From positions 1 through 64,000 of IMG/VR virus record IMGVR_UViG_3300029957_000005: a stretch of DNA of 64,000 nucleotides. One strand, written 5' to 3'. This document shows, in pieces, positions 27,498 through 36,125 of the stretch; the first letter of the stretch is position 1, and every line of letters begins with the position of its first letter. The translations under genes and the position numbers were made by a program. The notes beneath the pieces are model-generated. The model was not told the origin of the DNA. It searched no databases and saw nothing but the letters and a program-made list of their open reading frames with translations. This DNA is from a virus (taxonomy: Duplodnaviria; Heunggongvirae; Uroviricota; Caudoviricetes).

Positions 27498-28352
27498 ATG
27501 ATGAAGAAGCTTTTTGCTGTCGCCTTTCTTTTGATGGCGTCCCTCTCCCTTGCTGCATGCGGTAAGGTCCCAGCCGGCAACGTCGGCGTCAAAGTCTATC
27601 TCCTCGGCTCCGCCAAGGGCATCGACAACGAAGTCCTAGGACCTGGTCGCTACTGGGTCGGTTGGAACGAAGAACTGTTCATCTTCCCGACCTTCACCCA
27701 GAACAAGACCTGGGAAGCCAATGGTGAAGACAAGTCCTTCACCTTCCAGACCGCCGAAGGCATGGTGGTCGGCGCAGATCTCGGCATCTCCTATGCCGTG
27801 GAGCCGGACAAGGTCTCTACGATCTTCGCCAAGTATCGTCAAGGCATCGACGAGATCACGGACATCTACCTCCGAAACATGGTCCGCGATGCTCTTGTCA
27901 CCGAAGGATCCAAGCTCCGAGTCGAGTCGGTCTACGGCTCCGGCAAGGAAGATCTGATGAAGGCCGTCGAACTCAGAGTTCGAGAACAGGTCGAACCGAT
28001 CGGTCTCAAGGTCGAGCGCATCTATTGGGTCGGTCAGCTCCGACTCCCAGCCGAAGTTCTTGAGAAGATCAATGCCAAGGTCAACGCCGACCAGATCACT
28101 TCTCAGAAGACAGCCGAGGTCGAACAGGCCAAGGCAGATGCCAAGAAGAAAGAAGCTGAAGCCGAAGGCGACAAGAACGCTGCAATCACCCGAGCAGAAG
28201 GTGAAGCATCAGCCAACCGAATCGTCGCCGAGTCCCTCACCGATCCTCTCGTCAAGTACAAGTCGATCGAAAAGTGGGATGGTGCTCTTCCGAAGTTCAC
28301 CGGCTCCAGTGCCGTACCGTTCATCGACACCACCAAGGCCATCGGCCAGTAA
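27498..28352 (+). CDS. SPFH/Band-7 (prohibitin/HflKC-like) lipoprotein
   Basis: Signal peptide with lipobox LSLAAC. SPFH-like core GPGRYWVGWNEELFIFPTFTQ...; Ala/Lys/Glu-rich coiled-coil C-terminus typical of HflK/C. Confidence 0.7.
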   Translation: MMKKLFAVAFLLMASLSLAACGKVPAGNVGVKVYLLGSAKGIDNEVLGPGRYWVGWNEELFIFPTFTQNKTWEANGEDKSFTFQTAEGMVVGADLGISYAVEPDKVSTIFAKYRQGIDEITDIYLRNMVRDALVTEGSKLRVESVYGSGKEDLMKAVELRVREQVEPIGLKVERIYWVGQLRLPAEVLEKINAKVNADQITSQKTAEVEQAKADAKKKEAEAEGDKNAAITRAEGEASANRIVAESLTDPLVKYKSIEKWDGALPKFTGSSAVPFIDTTKAIGQ

Positions 28353-28363
28353 TCTCTGAACTA

Positions 28364-28403
28364 CCACCGAGCGATGTACAATCTGCATCGCTCGGTGTAT
28401 AAT
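28364..28403 (+). terminator. hairpin (12-bp stem CACCGAGCGATG/CATCGCTCGGTG) followed by TATAATTT
   Basis: Could be a terminator after the SPFH gene, or the hairpin plus TATAAT may be promoter-associated. Confidence 0.35.
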
Positions 28404-28423
28404 TTGAGGAAAGGAGATTCGTC

Positions 28424-28627
28424 ATGAAGATCAAAGACCTCAAATGGATCGACGACGGTAATACGAGCTCAGTCGAAACCATAGTCGGTAGGTTCGTAGT
28501 CATCGGAAATAGATGGACCTGCTTCGGACGTATGAAGCACTTTCTCGAAGTCCGTGACGGCGCCACCGCCAAAGAAGCAGTTCAGGCTTACTACGAAAGC
28601 CTAATTCGTTCAGCCATCCAGGAATGA
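28424..28627 (+). CDS. hypothetical protein
   Basis: RBS AAAGGAGA 7 nt upstream. Confidence 0.5.
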   Translation: MKIKDLKWIDDGNTSSVETIVGRFVVIGNRWTCFGRMKHFLEVRDGATAKEAVQAYYESLIRSAIQE

Positions 28628-28628
28628 T

Positions 28629-29090
28629 ATGCATCAGTTCTACAAGAAAGACCCATCCTTCGTTCGAGTCGAGATGGAGCTCGCCGACCTAGAAGCGGCA
28701 GTCGAGCTCAAGAAGGCCCTCCTCGAGAAGATGGAAGACGATCCAGAGTTCAATCGGTTCAAAGACGGAGAGACTGCCGAGGACGTTCTCGAAGAGAAGT
28801 TCCTGGAGAGGGCTCGCGCCGCCTGTGAAGGTTCGTACAACCTCGGTGAGGACACCTACACCCAGGAACTCTACATCGACGACGTTCCCTACGTCTACAC
28901 CCTGAGTGTGGAGTACAATCGTCACGACAAGACCTACTACTATATCGACACCTACGACTCGACCATGATCCGAAAGGATCCGTCGATCACCGAGAAGGAC
29001 GTCCAGGCTCTTATCAACCTGCCGGACTCAACTCTCGATCCGCGCATCAAGCGTGTACTCGAAGAATTCAAAGGACTCAAGGGATGGTAA
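28629..29090 (+). CDS. hypothetical acidic protein
   Basis: ORF track; codon bias. Confidence 0.5.
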   Translation: MHQFYKKDPSFVRVEMELADLEAAVELKKALLEKMEDDPEFNRFKDGETAEDVLEEKFLERARAACEGSYNLGEDTYTQELYIDDVPYVYTLSVEYNRHDKTYYYIDTYDSTMIRKDPSITEKDVQALINLPDSTLDPRIKRVLEEFKGLKGW

Positions 29091-29470
29091 ACTGGTCAGG
29101 CCGTACATCGGCATATCCACACAAGCACGGAGACTGGCAGAACGCCGATCTCACCGGAACACCGGAAGCACTACAGACCAAGAAGATCCTCTATGCCCAG
29201 TGGACCCTGTGTCCAGTGGAGGTCGAGGATGAGATCAAAAATCTCTGGCGCATGAATGAATTCGGCAACGACAATTTCTACTACTCGACGTCCATCAACG
29301 ATCTTCTCGAGGTCGTCGAAGGCGGAGCCACGGTCCGTGAGGTCTATCGAGACTCCAAGGGCAACTATCAGGAGCGACAGGTTCCCATCTCTCTCGAGAA
29401 CCTGATCTACTTCGCCCGGACGAACGGTCTCAAGGAAGATGAGCAATTTCTCATCCATTGGTGGTGGTAG
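29084..29470 (+). CDS. hypothetical protein
   Basis: ORF track; codon bias. Confidence 0.5.
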   Translation: MVNWSGRTSAYPHKHGDWQNADLTGTPEALQTKKILYAQWTLCPVEVEDEIKNLWRMNEFGNDNFYYSTSINDLLEVVEGGATVREVYRDSKGNYQERQVPISLENLIYFARTNGLKEDEQFLIHWWW

Positions 29471-29471
29471 T

Positions 29472-29882
29472 ATGATCCATCTGAAGGACATCATGAGGGC
29501 CGAACCGCAGCCAGTCTATGTACTCCAGGCGGCGGATAGGGCGATCCTGGTCTCATCAGTTTCCTGCCTATCTGTGGAACCTGCCATCCTCACTGCGTCC
29601 ATCATGTCGACCGAAAAGAACGCTCCTTTTCTCCGCGAGAAGGAAACGGCCTTCACTCTCTGGAGGCTCTCGGAAGGCGTGATTTGGACTGGTCGACTCG
29701 AGAAGAGGGACCTCAAGGATCTTCAGCCGCACGAATACGTCTGGAAGGCTAACGGTCTTCTCTGGCCTCTGGTTGGATACGGAGGTCACGAAATCGTGAC
29801 TCTCGAACAGATGGAACTCACAGCCGGGACCGGGACCAATCATCTCACCTGGAAGAATGGAAAGGCCGACGGATGGGTATAG
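29472..29882 (+). CDS. hypothetical protein
   Basis: Internal ATG after upstream stop, GGTGG 5 nt upstream. Confidence 0.45.
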   Translation: MIHLKDIMRAEPQPVYVLQAADRAILVSSVSCLSVEPAILTASIMSTEKNAPFLREKETAFTLWRLSEGVIWTGRLEKRDLKDLQPHEYVWKANGLLWPLVGYGGHEIVTLEQMELTAGTGTNHLTWKNGKADGWV

Positions 29883-30208
29883 CTGCAAACGTTTGTCCGT
29901 GCGACAAGCAGAGTGAACTCAAGGAACGATCCCTTAACGACAACTGGGAGGGCTATGTGACCTGCGACTGCGGGAGCAGGTTCCTCTCGTCGACTCCGAA
30001 GTCGACAGTGCCTGAGCCCCCGGTCGAGAGCGTCAAGTTCGAGATGATCGATACAGCCAACATGTACCGCAAGGAGGTCACGAATCGCCTTGCAGAGATC
30101 CTGGATGCCGGTGGGATTATCATCTCGGTTGAGAAAACCTACGAATATGCCAAAAACACCCTCGCAATGAAGAGATATGAGATTTTTTGGAGAAAACCGA
30201 AAAATTGA
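29873..30208 (+). CDS. hypothetical protein with CxC...CxC zinc-ribbon-like N-terminus
   Basis: VCPCDK...CDCGS. Confidence 0.45.
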   Translation: MGIAANVCPCDKQSELKERSLNDNWEGYVTCDCGSRFLSSTPKSTVPEPPVESVKFEMIDTANMYRKEVTNRLAEILDAGGIIISVEKTYEYAKNTLAMKRYEIFWRKPKN

Positions 30209-30948
30209 GTGTACATCCAGGAGAATCTGGAGTATTCTAAGAGAGTACTGAGTCGAAACAAAAACCACTGAAAATTGAAATGGACGAGCTGAGCATAGTC
30301 CGAAGGTTTCGACTCAAGTCCATGCTCTACAAATAGGAGAAGTACGATGTAACCCGCCGGCTTCCTCTGAGAAATGTAAAAACGCGAAAAAGTGTATAGA
30401 AACAAGTGGTGTCTCCTCGACTAGAGGCGTTGTACCGGCAGCGAAAGGTGAGTGAACTCGCCACCGGAGTTTAGATTTAAGACTGCGGTCCTGCAAAGTA
30501 GAGCGCTACGAACCAGTCCGTGGATCGATGGGAACAAGGAGAGGAGATCCTCGAGCGATTGAAAAAGCTCGGGAAGATCTCACGGACCTCTCCTGGTGCA
30601 AATCCTCCCTGGGACCCCAGTCTTAAGTCTATCCTTTGGTAGTCGGAGTCGTTAAGAGCTTGAATCGGAGTGGGGAATAGGCACGAGTTTGAGGTAACGT
30701 CCCAAGGACGGCCAAAAGAACACAGCTCGAAATGATCATCGAGTCCCAGGATCCGGAAGTTCATACGCAGGCCATGGACGGTATGAACGCCAAAATACCC
30801 CGGCTCCGACTTCCAAAGGATAGAACATGCCAAATTTTTTGCTGAACTTTAGACCAGACAATTTTCCGATCAAGAACCATCCGATCCTGAATGCCGTCAT
30901 TCAGGTTGCAGTGTACTGCTTGATCCTCATGCTCATATAGGAGCCAGA
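30209..30948. other. 740-nt region without credible ORFs; multiple stable hairpins; candidate structured ncRNA or regulatory region
   Basis: Largest non-coding gap in the window. Nested stem GGAGAGG[GAGATCCTCGAGC..GCTCGGGAAGATCTC]CCTCTCC at about 30539-30593. CTGGGACCCCAG hairpin at about 30610. GAGCATAG..CCATGCTC hairpin at 30286-30328. Only weak minus-strand ORFs with atypical composition. Confidence 0.25.
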
Positions 30949-31407
30949 ATGGCTGCTCGTCTCTACATTGCCCTGCGCTCGGACCTACTCGGAATGTCTC
31001 CGGGTCGTGCAGCAGCTCAAGCTTCCCACGGGACTTCTACCTTCCACGAGAAGTTCAATTCTCTGCCCGAGACCAGCTTGACGTACAGCTTGAAGCGAGC
31101 TGTCAACGAGTGGAAGGAAGAAGCCGAAGGGTTCGGGACGGCGATCGTCCTCAAAGCGACCTACGGAGAGATCCTGGATCTCCAGGACCAGGCGGTCTTG
31201 GCTCGAGCTGAGAACTCCGATACTTCGAAGGACAATTTCTATTTTCGTCGGATCATCGATCCTCAGTACTTCTACAAGGGTCCTGGTGAACTCTTCGAGG
31301 CCAAGGACGTCCTGACCGGAGCAGTTGTCTTCATTCCGGACGAATCTCGAGAAGTCGAAGAAGTCGGTCGACTCTTCGAAAAGATCTACGCTCTCCCGCT
31401 TTTCTGA
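30949..31407 (+). CDS. PTH2-family peptidyl-tRNA hydrolase
   Basis: N-terminus RLYIALRSDLLGMSPGRAAAQASHGT matches the PTH2 core (vvRtDLkMgkGKiaAQcsHa). Confidence 0.6.
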   Translation: MAARLYIALRSDLLGMSPGRAAAQASHGTSTFHEKFNSLPETSLTYSLKRAVNEWKEEAEGFGTAIVLKATYGEILDLQDQAVLARAENSDTSKDNFYFRRIIDPQYFYKGPGELFEAKDVLTGAVVFIPDESREVEEVGRLFEKIYALPLF

Positions 31408-31436
31408 TTTACAATCGGTTCGATCTAGAGTAGTAT
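31408..31436 (+). promoter_or_regulatory. sigma70-like promoter TTTACA-N17-TAGTAT; predicted +1 at ATG 31443 (leaderless)
   Basis: Member of the GTTTACA-N16/17-TAgagT family. Confidence 0.45.
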
Positions 31437-31442
31437 CTTCTC

Positions 31443-31625
31443 ATGAAAGCTACTCTCGGTGAAATAGTCTGGATGGTTGATGGTTCCCGTCTCAAGGTGA
31501 CCGAAGTCCGATCCAAGTATCTTCTCGTCGAAGACGGTCGGAAGATCCTGTCCACGAACTTGAACCGACAGCACAAGACCCAACTTCTCCTTGAGCTCCA
31601 ATTCGGAGTCAAGAAATTCCATTGA
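31443..31625 (+). CDS. hypothetical protein (60 aa), possibly leaderless
   Basis: ATG 7 nt after the -10 hexamer; no SD. Confidence 0.4.
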   Translation: MKATLGEIVWMVDGSRLKVTEVRSKYLLVEDGRKILSTNLNRQHKTQLLLELQFGVKKFH

Positions 31626-31635
31626 AAGGCTGACC

Positions 31636-32343
31636 ATGTCAAAGAAGACCAAGACCGGCGCTCCGACCATGAGCATCGATGCCGCCGTGACTGCTCCTGA
31701 AGCTCCCAAGGATAAGAGCCAGACCATCTCCCTGGCCAAGGCGAACAAGCTTCGCAACTCGATCGACTCCTTCCTGAGTGAGGTCCGAGACCAGATTACT
31801 CAGAAGGCCAACGGCACCGTCACCGGCTTCCCGGGCGAGACTCTCGAGGCCATCAAGGCCAAGATCGAAGTCAAGAAGAACGAGATCTCCGTCCTTGCCC
31901 GGGACTACGGAATTCTGTCCTCGATCCGTGCGAGCCTCAAGACCCAGATCGGCATCCTGAATGCCTCGGTCGGGATCGGCGAGACCATGGCCAACATCGA
32001 GCGTCTGGAACGCATCATCGAGACCTTTGGTTCCATCTATGAGAACCGTCGCTACACGACCGGTGTCTCGGTCTTCGATGAAGAGACAGTGAACTACACC
32101 ATCGCCAGGAACATCGCCCTGGCTGAAACAGAGAATCGTTCAACGGTTGCGACGGCCAATCCGTCGACCTTCTCGGTGAACCTCTATACCAAAGCAGACA
32201 TCGACGGCGAAGTCGTCGGTCTCCGCAACCTCCGCAAGGCCAAGGCCGAGCTGGAGGAAAAGAGAAATGCCCTCAATTACTCTTCTACCATCAACCTTGA
32301 CGGGAGCGTGGTAGAGTTTCTTGAGGCAAGATCTCTCATCTGA
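31636..32343 (+). CDS. hypothetical protein
   Basis: Internal ATG of ORF 31591 with GAAAGG RBS; coiled-coil-like. Confidence 0.55.
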   Translation: MSKKTKTGAPTMSIDAAVTAPEAPKDKSQTISLAKANKLRNSIDSFLSEVRDQITQKANGTVTGFPGETLEAIKAKIEVKKNEISVLARDYGILSSIRASLKTQIGILNASVGIGETMANIERLERIIETFGSIYENRRYTTGVSVFDEETVNYTIARNIALAETENRSTVATANPSTFSVNLYTKADIDGEVVGLRNLRKAKAELEEKRNALNYSSTINLDGSVVEFLEARSLI

Positions 32344-32454
32344 GAGATCTTGGACGATCGAGAGGGAATTCCAGTAACGCGACCTTTATGGTCATATCAG
32401 TCGGTCCCTCACTCCAATCACCCAGGCTTGCTTAGTGCTGCCATTTTTGACTTT

Positions 32455-32530
32455 GTCACAGGGTGTGGGCCGAAGTGTAACCTTGTCATCTTTCTGACTT
32501 TGTCGATTGTGACCTTGTTCAAATTCTTCT
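32455..32530 (+). promoter_or_regulatory. four operator-like repeats C(T/C)TTGT(C/T)(A/G), partly palindromic TGAC-TTT-GTCA, upstream of gene 32573
   Basis: ctttgtca 32461, ccttgtca 32491, ctttgtcg 32508, ccttgttc 32523. TGACTTTGTCACA and GTCGATTGTGAC are dyad-symmetric. Confidence 0.3.
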
Positions 32531-32572
32531 CTCGATCGTTGCATCCCATTTTCAACACCAGGAGCAGCCGAC

Positions 32573-32875
32573 ATGGATCGTATTACCTCTCTCAAGGATT
32601 TGGACGCCTTCATCGGAAAGGCCGTGACCATCGTGGTCACCTTCAAGCCTCACCAGATGGCGACCATCAAGCTCAACAAACTCTGGGTTTCTGAAGGCAA
32701 TCACTGGGACTTCCATCCGGGCTGCTTCGGTGGCTGGCACTTTGAACTCGAGAAGGCCACCGGATCCTACAGCCGTCCGAACTCCATGGCCGGCCGACTC
32801 GAAGAGCATCTGATCAACATCGGTGCCAAGGTCAAGGTCATCACTGTGGATGCGACCAAGAAGGCTTCACGATGA
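32573..32875 (+). CDS. hypothetical protein
   Basis: RBS AGGAG 8 nt upstream; codon bias. Confidence 0.5.
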   Translation: MDRITSLKDLDAFIGKAVTIVVTFKPHQMATIKLNKLWVSEGNHWDFHPGCFGGWHFELEKATGSYSRPNSMAGRLEEHLINIGAKVKVITVDATKKASR

Positions 32876-33411
32876 CCGACGTCTGCTTCTCTGGTGGCGC
32901 CGTCGGTGCTGACACTCTGTTCGGCGAGCTTGCTGCAAAGGCCGGCCATCACGTCTGCCACTATCACTTCAATCCGAAGTTCAAGAACCGTCCGAACTTC
33001 AAGATCCTGACTGAGACCGAACTCGGGTTCGCAGCCAAGTATCTTCTCCGCGCCAACAAGACCCTGAAGCGTCGAGTTCCACATCCGGACGAATTCGCCT
33101 ACAATCTCCTCGCCCGAAACTACTACCAGGTTCGAGACACCACCTGCGTCTATGCAGTCGGGACTCTCTGGGACGGGAAGATTCAGGGCGGGACTGCATG
33201 GGCGATTCAGATGTTCATCGACTGCACCATGGATCCGACGGTCTTCTTCTTTGATCAGATGGGTCGCGGTTGGCTGTCCTACGACAAGATGGAAGATCAG
33301 TGGTGCTCCATTCTCCAGCCGGCGCATCCGCACGGTTACTACACAGGAATCGGAACCCGCGGAATCAACGAAGAAGGCGAAAAAGCCATAAGAAAGCTGT
33401 TTACTTCATAG
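32872..33411 (+). CDS. Rossmann-fold nucleotide-binding protein with SGGAxGADT motif (SLOG/DprA-like, tentative)
   Basis: VCFSGGAVGADTLFGELAAKAG resembles the DprA/SLOG signature SGxAxGxDxxAH..A...G. Confidence 0.45.
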   Translation: MTDVCFSGGAVGADTLFGELAAKAGHHVCHYHFNPKFKNRPNFKILTETELGFAAKYLLRANKTLKRRVPHPDEFAYNLLARNYYQVRDTTCVYAVGTLWDGKIQGGTAWAIQMFIDCTMDPTVFFFDQMGRGWLSYDKMEDQWCSILQPAHPHGYYTGIGTRGINEEGEKAIRKLFTS

Positions 33412-33428
33412 AAGAATCAGATTAGACT
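33400..33428 (+). promoter_or_regulatory. sigma70-like promoter TTTACT-N17-TAGACT followed by 9-bp palindrome GTTCTTATC/GATAAGAAC
   Basis: Palindrome 33429-33452 spans +1 to the SD (GGAG in loop). Confidence 0.45.
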
Positions 33429-33453
33429 GTTCTTATCAACTGGAGATAAGAAC

Positions 33454-33690
33454 ATGGATCCCAAGATCATTCTCACCATCCCAGGTTCTCGTATGGACAT
33501 CCGGATCGTCGAGACCCGGTTCGAGAGATACACCGTCCAGTACCTCTACTCCAGGGACAAGAACATCTGGAAGAACTTCATCTGGATCGATTACCGTAAG
33601 GGTTCGATCGGTGAACGTCAAGGTGGTCTGTTCTTCGAACTCGCAGACGCCAAGCGCGCTGCCAAAGCGAAGCATCGCGACAACAACTAA
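33454..33690 (+). CDS. hypothetical protein
   Basis: ORF track; ATG immediately after palindrome. Confidence 0.5.
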   Translation: MDPKIILTIPGSRMDIRIVETRFERYTVQYLYSRDKNIWKNFIWIDYRKGSIGERQGGLFFELADAKRAAKAKHRDNN

Positions 33691-33701
33691 GGTTTTTCGG
33701 A

Positions 33702-34352
33702 ATGAAAGTCAAGCATACCGCAATCCTCAACGGGAAGCACAACAACTGCGTCCCGTTGGCCTTCAAGAATGCCTGCTCCTGGCTCGATGAACAGCACATC
33801 CTGGACGTAGGCCACTCCAACAAGTTCTACTCCGAGAAGGGTGGGACGACCACCGGCCTGGTCCCCAAGTACATGGATCACCTCGGCATCCAGTATAAAA
33901 AGATCTATGACTGCTGGGACGACGTCTCGATCAAGAAGCCGACCATTCATCGGTTCGCAGCCAAGCACCCCAAGGGTGTCTATCTTCTTATCGTTCGTGG
34001 TCACGGAATGATCCTGAACAACGGTCGAGTCTTCGATCCGAACATGGGGAACTACGGAATCCAGAGGCGCATCCTCGAGGCCTTCGAGATCCTGAACTCG
34101 GACATGAAGGCTCAAACCGACGTCTGGACCCAGAAGACCAAGTTCATCATGGTGGCTCCGAACCTCAAACTGGCCGGTCTCGGCTTCAGGAAAGGCTCGT
34201 TCAACCACGAGATCATCCGCAAGATGGCTGGTGATCCTGCTTTTCGGGATCATCCTTTCTCCTACGAATTCGCCAAGGAAAAGGTCGGAATGACCATGAC
34301 AACTTGGGTCTACTTCATCGAACGTGGCATCATCCAAAAGAAGGACATCTGA
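33702..34352 (+). CDS. hypothetical protein
   Basis: Good codon bias. The antisense ORF 33687..34481 is rejected. Confidence 0.55.
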   Translation: MKVKHTAILNGKHNNCVPLAFKNACSWLDEQHILDVGHSNKFYSEKGGTTTGLVPKYMDHLGIQYKKIYDCWDDVSIKKPTIHRFAAKHPKGVYLLIVRGHGMILNNGRVFDPNMGNYGIQRRILEAFEILNSDMKAQTDVWTQKTKFIMVAPNLKLAGLGFRKGSFNHEIIRKMAGDPAFRDHPFSYEFAKEKVGMTMTTWVYFIERGIIQKKDI

Positions 34353-34355
34353 AGA

Positions 34356-34610
34356 ATGAACCTCCAGCATCTGATCGGCGACACCAAGATGAAGGGCGTA
34401 TCCAACCCACAGCGTCGGTTCTACGACTGGGATCGCCTCAAGATCAAGGGAGACAGCCTGATCTTCGACGCCAAGGGTCATTCCGAGATGGACACCCTCC
34501 AGAGCTCCCTCGGAGCAGTCTGCCGATACCGCGAGAAGAAGAATCGCGGAGAGATGTACGTGACCCGTCGTCTCAAAGGAAATCAGATCGCGATCATCAA
34601 GGTTCGCTGA
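34356..34610 (+). CDS. hypothetical protein
   Basis: ORF track. Confidence 0.45.
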   Translation: MNLQHLIGDTKMKGVSNPQRRFYDWDRLKIKGDSLIFDAKGHSEMDTLQSSLGAVCRYREKKNRGEMYVTRRLKGNQIAIIKVR

Positions 34611-34637
34611 TCAACTGATCAATCAACAAGGAAATTT

Positions 34638-34898
34638 ATGACAATCAGAGTCGTGGGACGTTGTTCCCTCTGCAATGGTCGGGTGACGTGCCCGACCATT
34701 TTTCACAGCATCTATCCTCCGGTCCCGAGCTGCGAGAGTTGTGGTGCAACTGCCGACGCCGACAAGAATCTGCCGGTGATCCCGATGTCCAAGCCTTCGC
34801 GTCCTCGGTATCCTACACCGGGTTCTGCCGGAGACATCCCATCGATCCCGGAATGGAACGGTGGAAACACCAGCGGAAAGAAGCTCCTCAATGGATAG
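34638..34898 (+). CDS. hypothetical Cys-rich protein (CxxC...CxxC)
   Basis: CSLCNGRVTC ... CESCG. Confidence 0.4.
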   Translation: MTIRVVGRCSLCNGRVTCPTIFHSIYPPVPSCESCGATADADKNLPVIPMSKPSRPRYPTPGSAGDIPSIPEWNGGNTSGKKLLNG

Positions 34899-35024
34899 GC
34901 TGGCGCTGGAAGGGAGGCTTCTCGTCCTCCAGACTGTCTACACTCTTCACTGTCTGATCGCCTCCCCTGATCACGTCCTGTGGTCCATCGAGCGTGAAAT
35001 CAGAAGCCTCAAAAGGAGACGCTG

Positions 35025-35273
35025 ATGCCGTATTTCAAGAAGAAGCCTGTGACCATCGAAGCCGACCAATGGTTCGATCACGGTGATCATCCGAAGGTCC
35101 GGACCTACAACAACGAACTCGGCTACGTCAAGGGCATCGGCCCTTACGGCTGGATCGAGACCCTCGAAGGTGGTCACATCGTCACCCGAGGTGATTGGAT
35201 CATCAAGGGAGTCCAAGGCGAGTTCTATCCCTGCAAGCCGGACATTTTCGAGCTAACCTACGAACCTGTGTGA
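35025..35273 (+). CDS. hypothetical protein
   Basis: ORF track; RBS. Confidence 0.5.
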   Translation: MPYFKKKPVTIEADQWFDHGDHPKVRTYNNELGYVKGIGPYGWIETLEGGHIVTRGDWIIKGVQGEFYPCKPDIFELTYEPV

Positions 35274-35510
35274 TCCGAAAATATTTTGGCCTTTCCGAAG
35301 GATTTCAGTGTACATCCTCGGTGGATGGTGTAGAATGACAACATACAAGGAGTACAGAAGCATGCCGATCCCGTGGAAGACCAAAGATGGATGGAAAATT
35401 GAGTTTCATCTTCCATCCATTCCTGGAAGCGAGTTCGGTAGCTCGGTCGTAATGGCCGGATACTTCCTCGTCCTCGAAGCCATCTGGAAAAACCTCTAGG
35501 AGTTGCAGAC

Positions 35511-35909
35511 ATGAACATGTTCGAAGACATCTGGACTGAAGCCACCAACGCCGCAATCGTCGCCCACAATGACTGCGTCCCCGTCGGAATGACGGTCGGT
35601 CAAGCAAGCGGTCTCTTCGGTAACGCGATCATCCCAGGAACCGAGGAATACGTCGCCGACGGTGTCTGTGGTTATGCCTGGATCCAGGTCAAGCCAGCCC
35701 GTGGTCCCTTCGTCAAGTGGATGAAGCAGAACAAGCTCGGTGACACCGGAGTCTACGGTGGTTGGACGATCTCTCCGTCCGACTTCGACCGGAGCCTCGG
35801 AAGGACTTTGTCCATGCAGCGCAAGGAAGCAGCAATGCGAGCTGCCTGTGCTGTTCTCAAGAAGCACTTCCCGGAGTCGAAGATCTGGGTCACGAGCAGG
35901 ATGGACTGA
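35511..35909 (+). CDS. hypothetical protein
   Basis: ORF track; RBS GGAG. Confidence 0.5.
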   Translation: MNMFEDIWTEATNAAIVAHNDCVPVGMTVGQASGLFGNAIIPGTEEYVADGVCGYAWIQVKPARGPFVKWMKQNKLGDTGVYGGWTISPSDFDRSLGRTLSMQRKEAAMRAACAVLKKHFPESKIWVTSRMD

Positions 35910-36124
35910 TGGACCAGCTGATCGCTGCTCTCCAGGTGTTTCGTGGACACCTCTCCGGATACCAACTGACGTATCCGACCTACTGCTCCCACGAGGTTCT
36001 CGAAGTCGTCTGCATCGATGAACCCGATAAATTTACCGAGGAAGAACTCAAGATCCTCGACGCCGCCGGCTTCGAATACGATGATGCCGGTACCTGGAAA
36101 TCCTACAGATTTGGAAGCTGCTGA
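35909..36124 (+). CDS. hypothetical protein
   Basis: ATG overlapping upstream stop (TGATG). Confidence 0.4.
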   Translation: MDQLIAALQVFRGHLSGYQLTYPTYCSHEVLEVVCIDEPDKFTEEELKILDAAGFEYDDAGTWKSYRFGSC

Positions 36125-36125
36125 C

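Noticed and set aside
30477-30833. 118-aa minus-strand ORF inside the gap
   Set aside because: Cys/Ser/Phe-rich with mixed codon endings, no RBS, and overlapping strong hairpins. Considered spurious, though not excluded.
30209-30948. Search for tRNA genes or a group I intron core in the large gap
   Set aside because: I found no GTTCGAATC-type T-loop with flanking stems and no recognisable P7/P3 intron core by eye. The region is left as an unresolved ncRNA candidate rather than called as tRNA.
32350-32694. 114-aa + strand ORF
   Set aside because: Spans the repeat-containing leader and the start of gene 32573. Poor composition, so interpreted as non-coding regulatory DNA.
33687-34481. 264-aa minus-strand ORF
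   Set aside because: Antisense to the + strand gene 33702..34352, which has the genome-typical codon bias.
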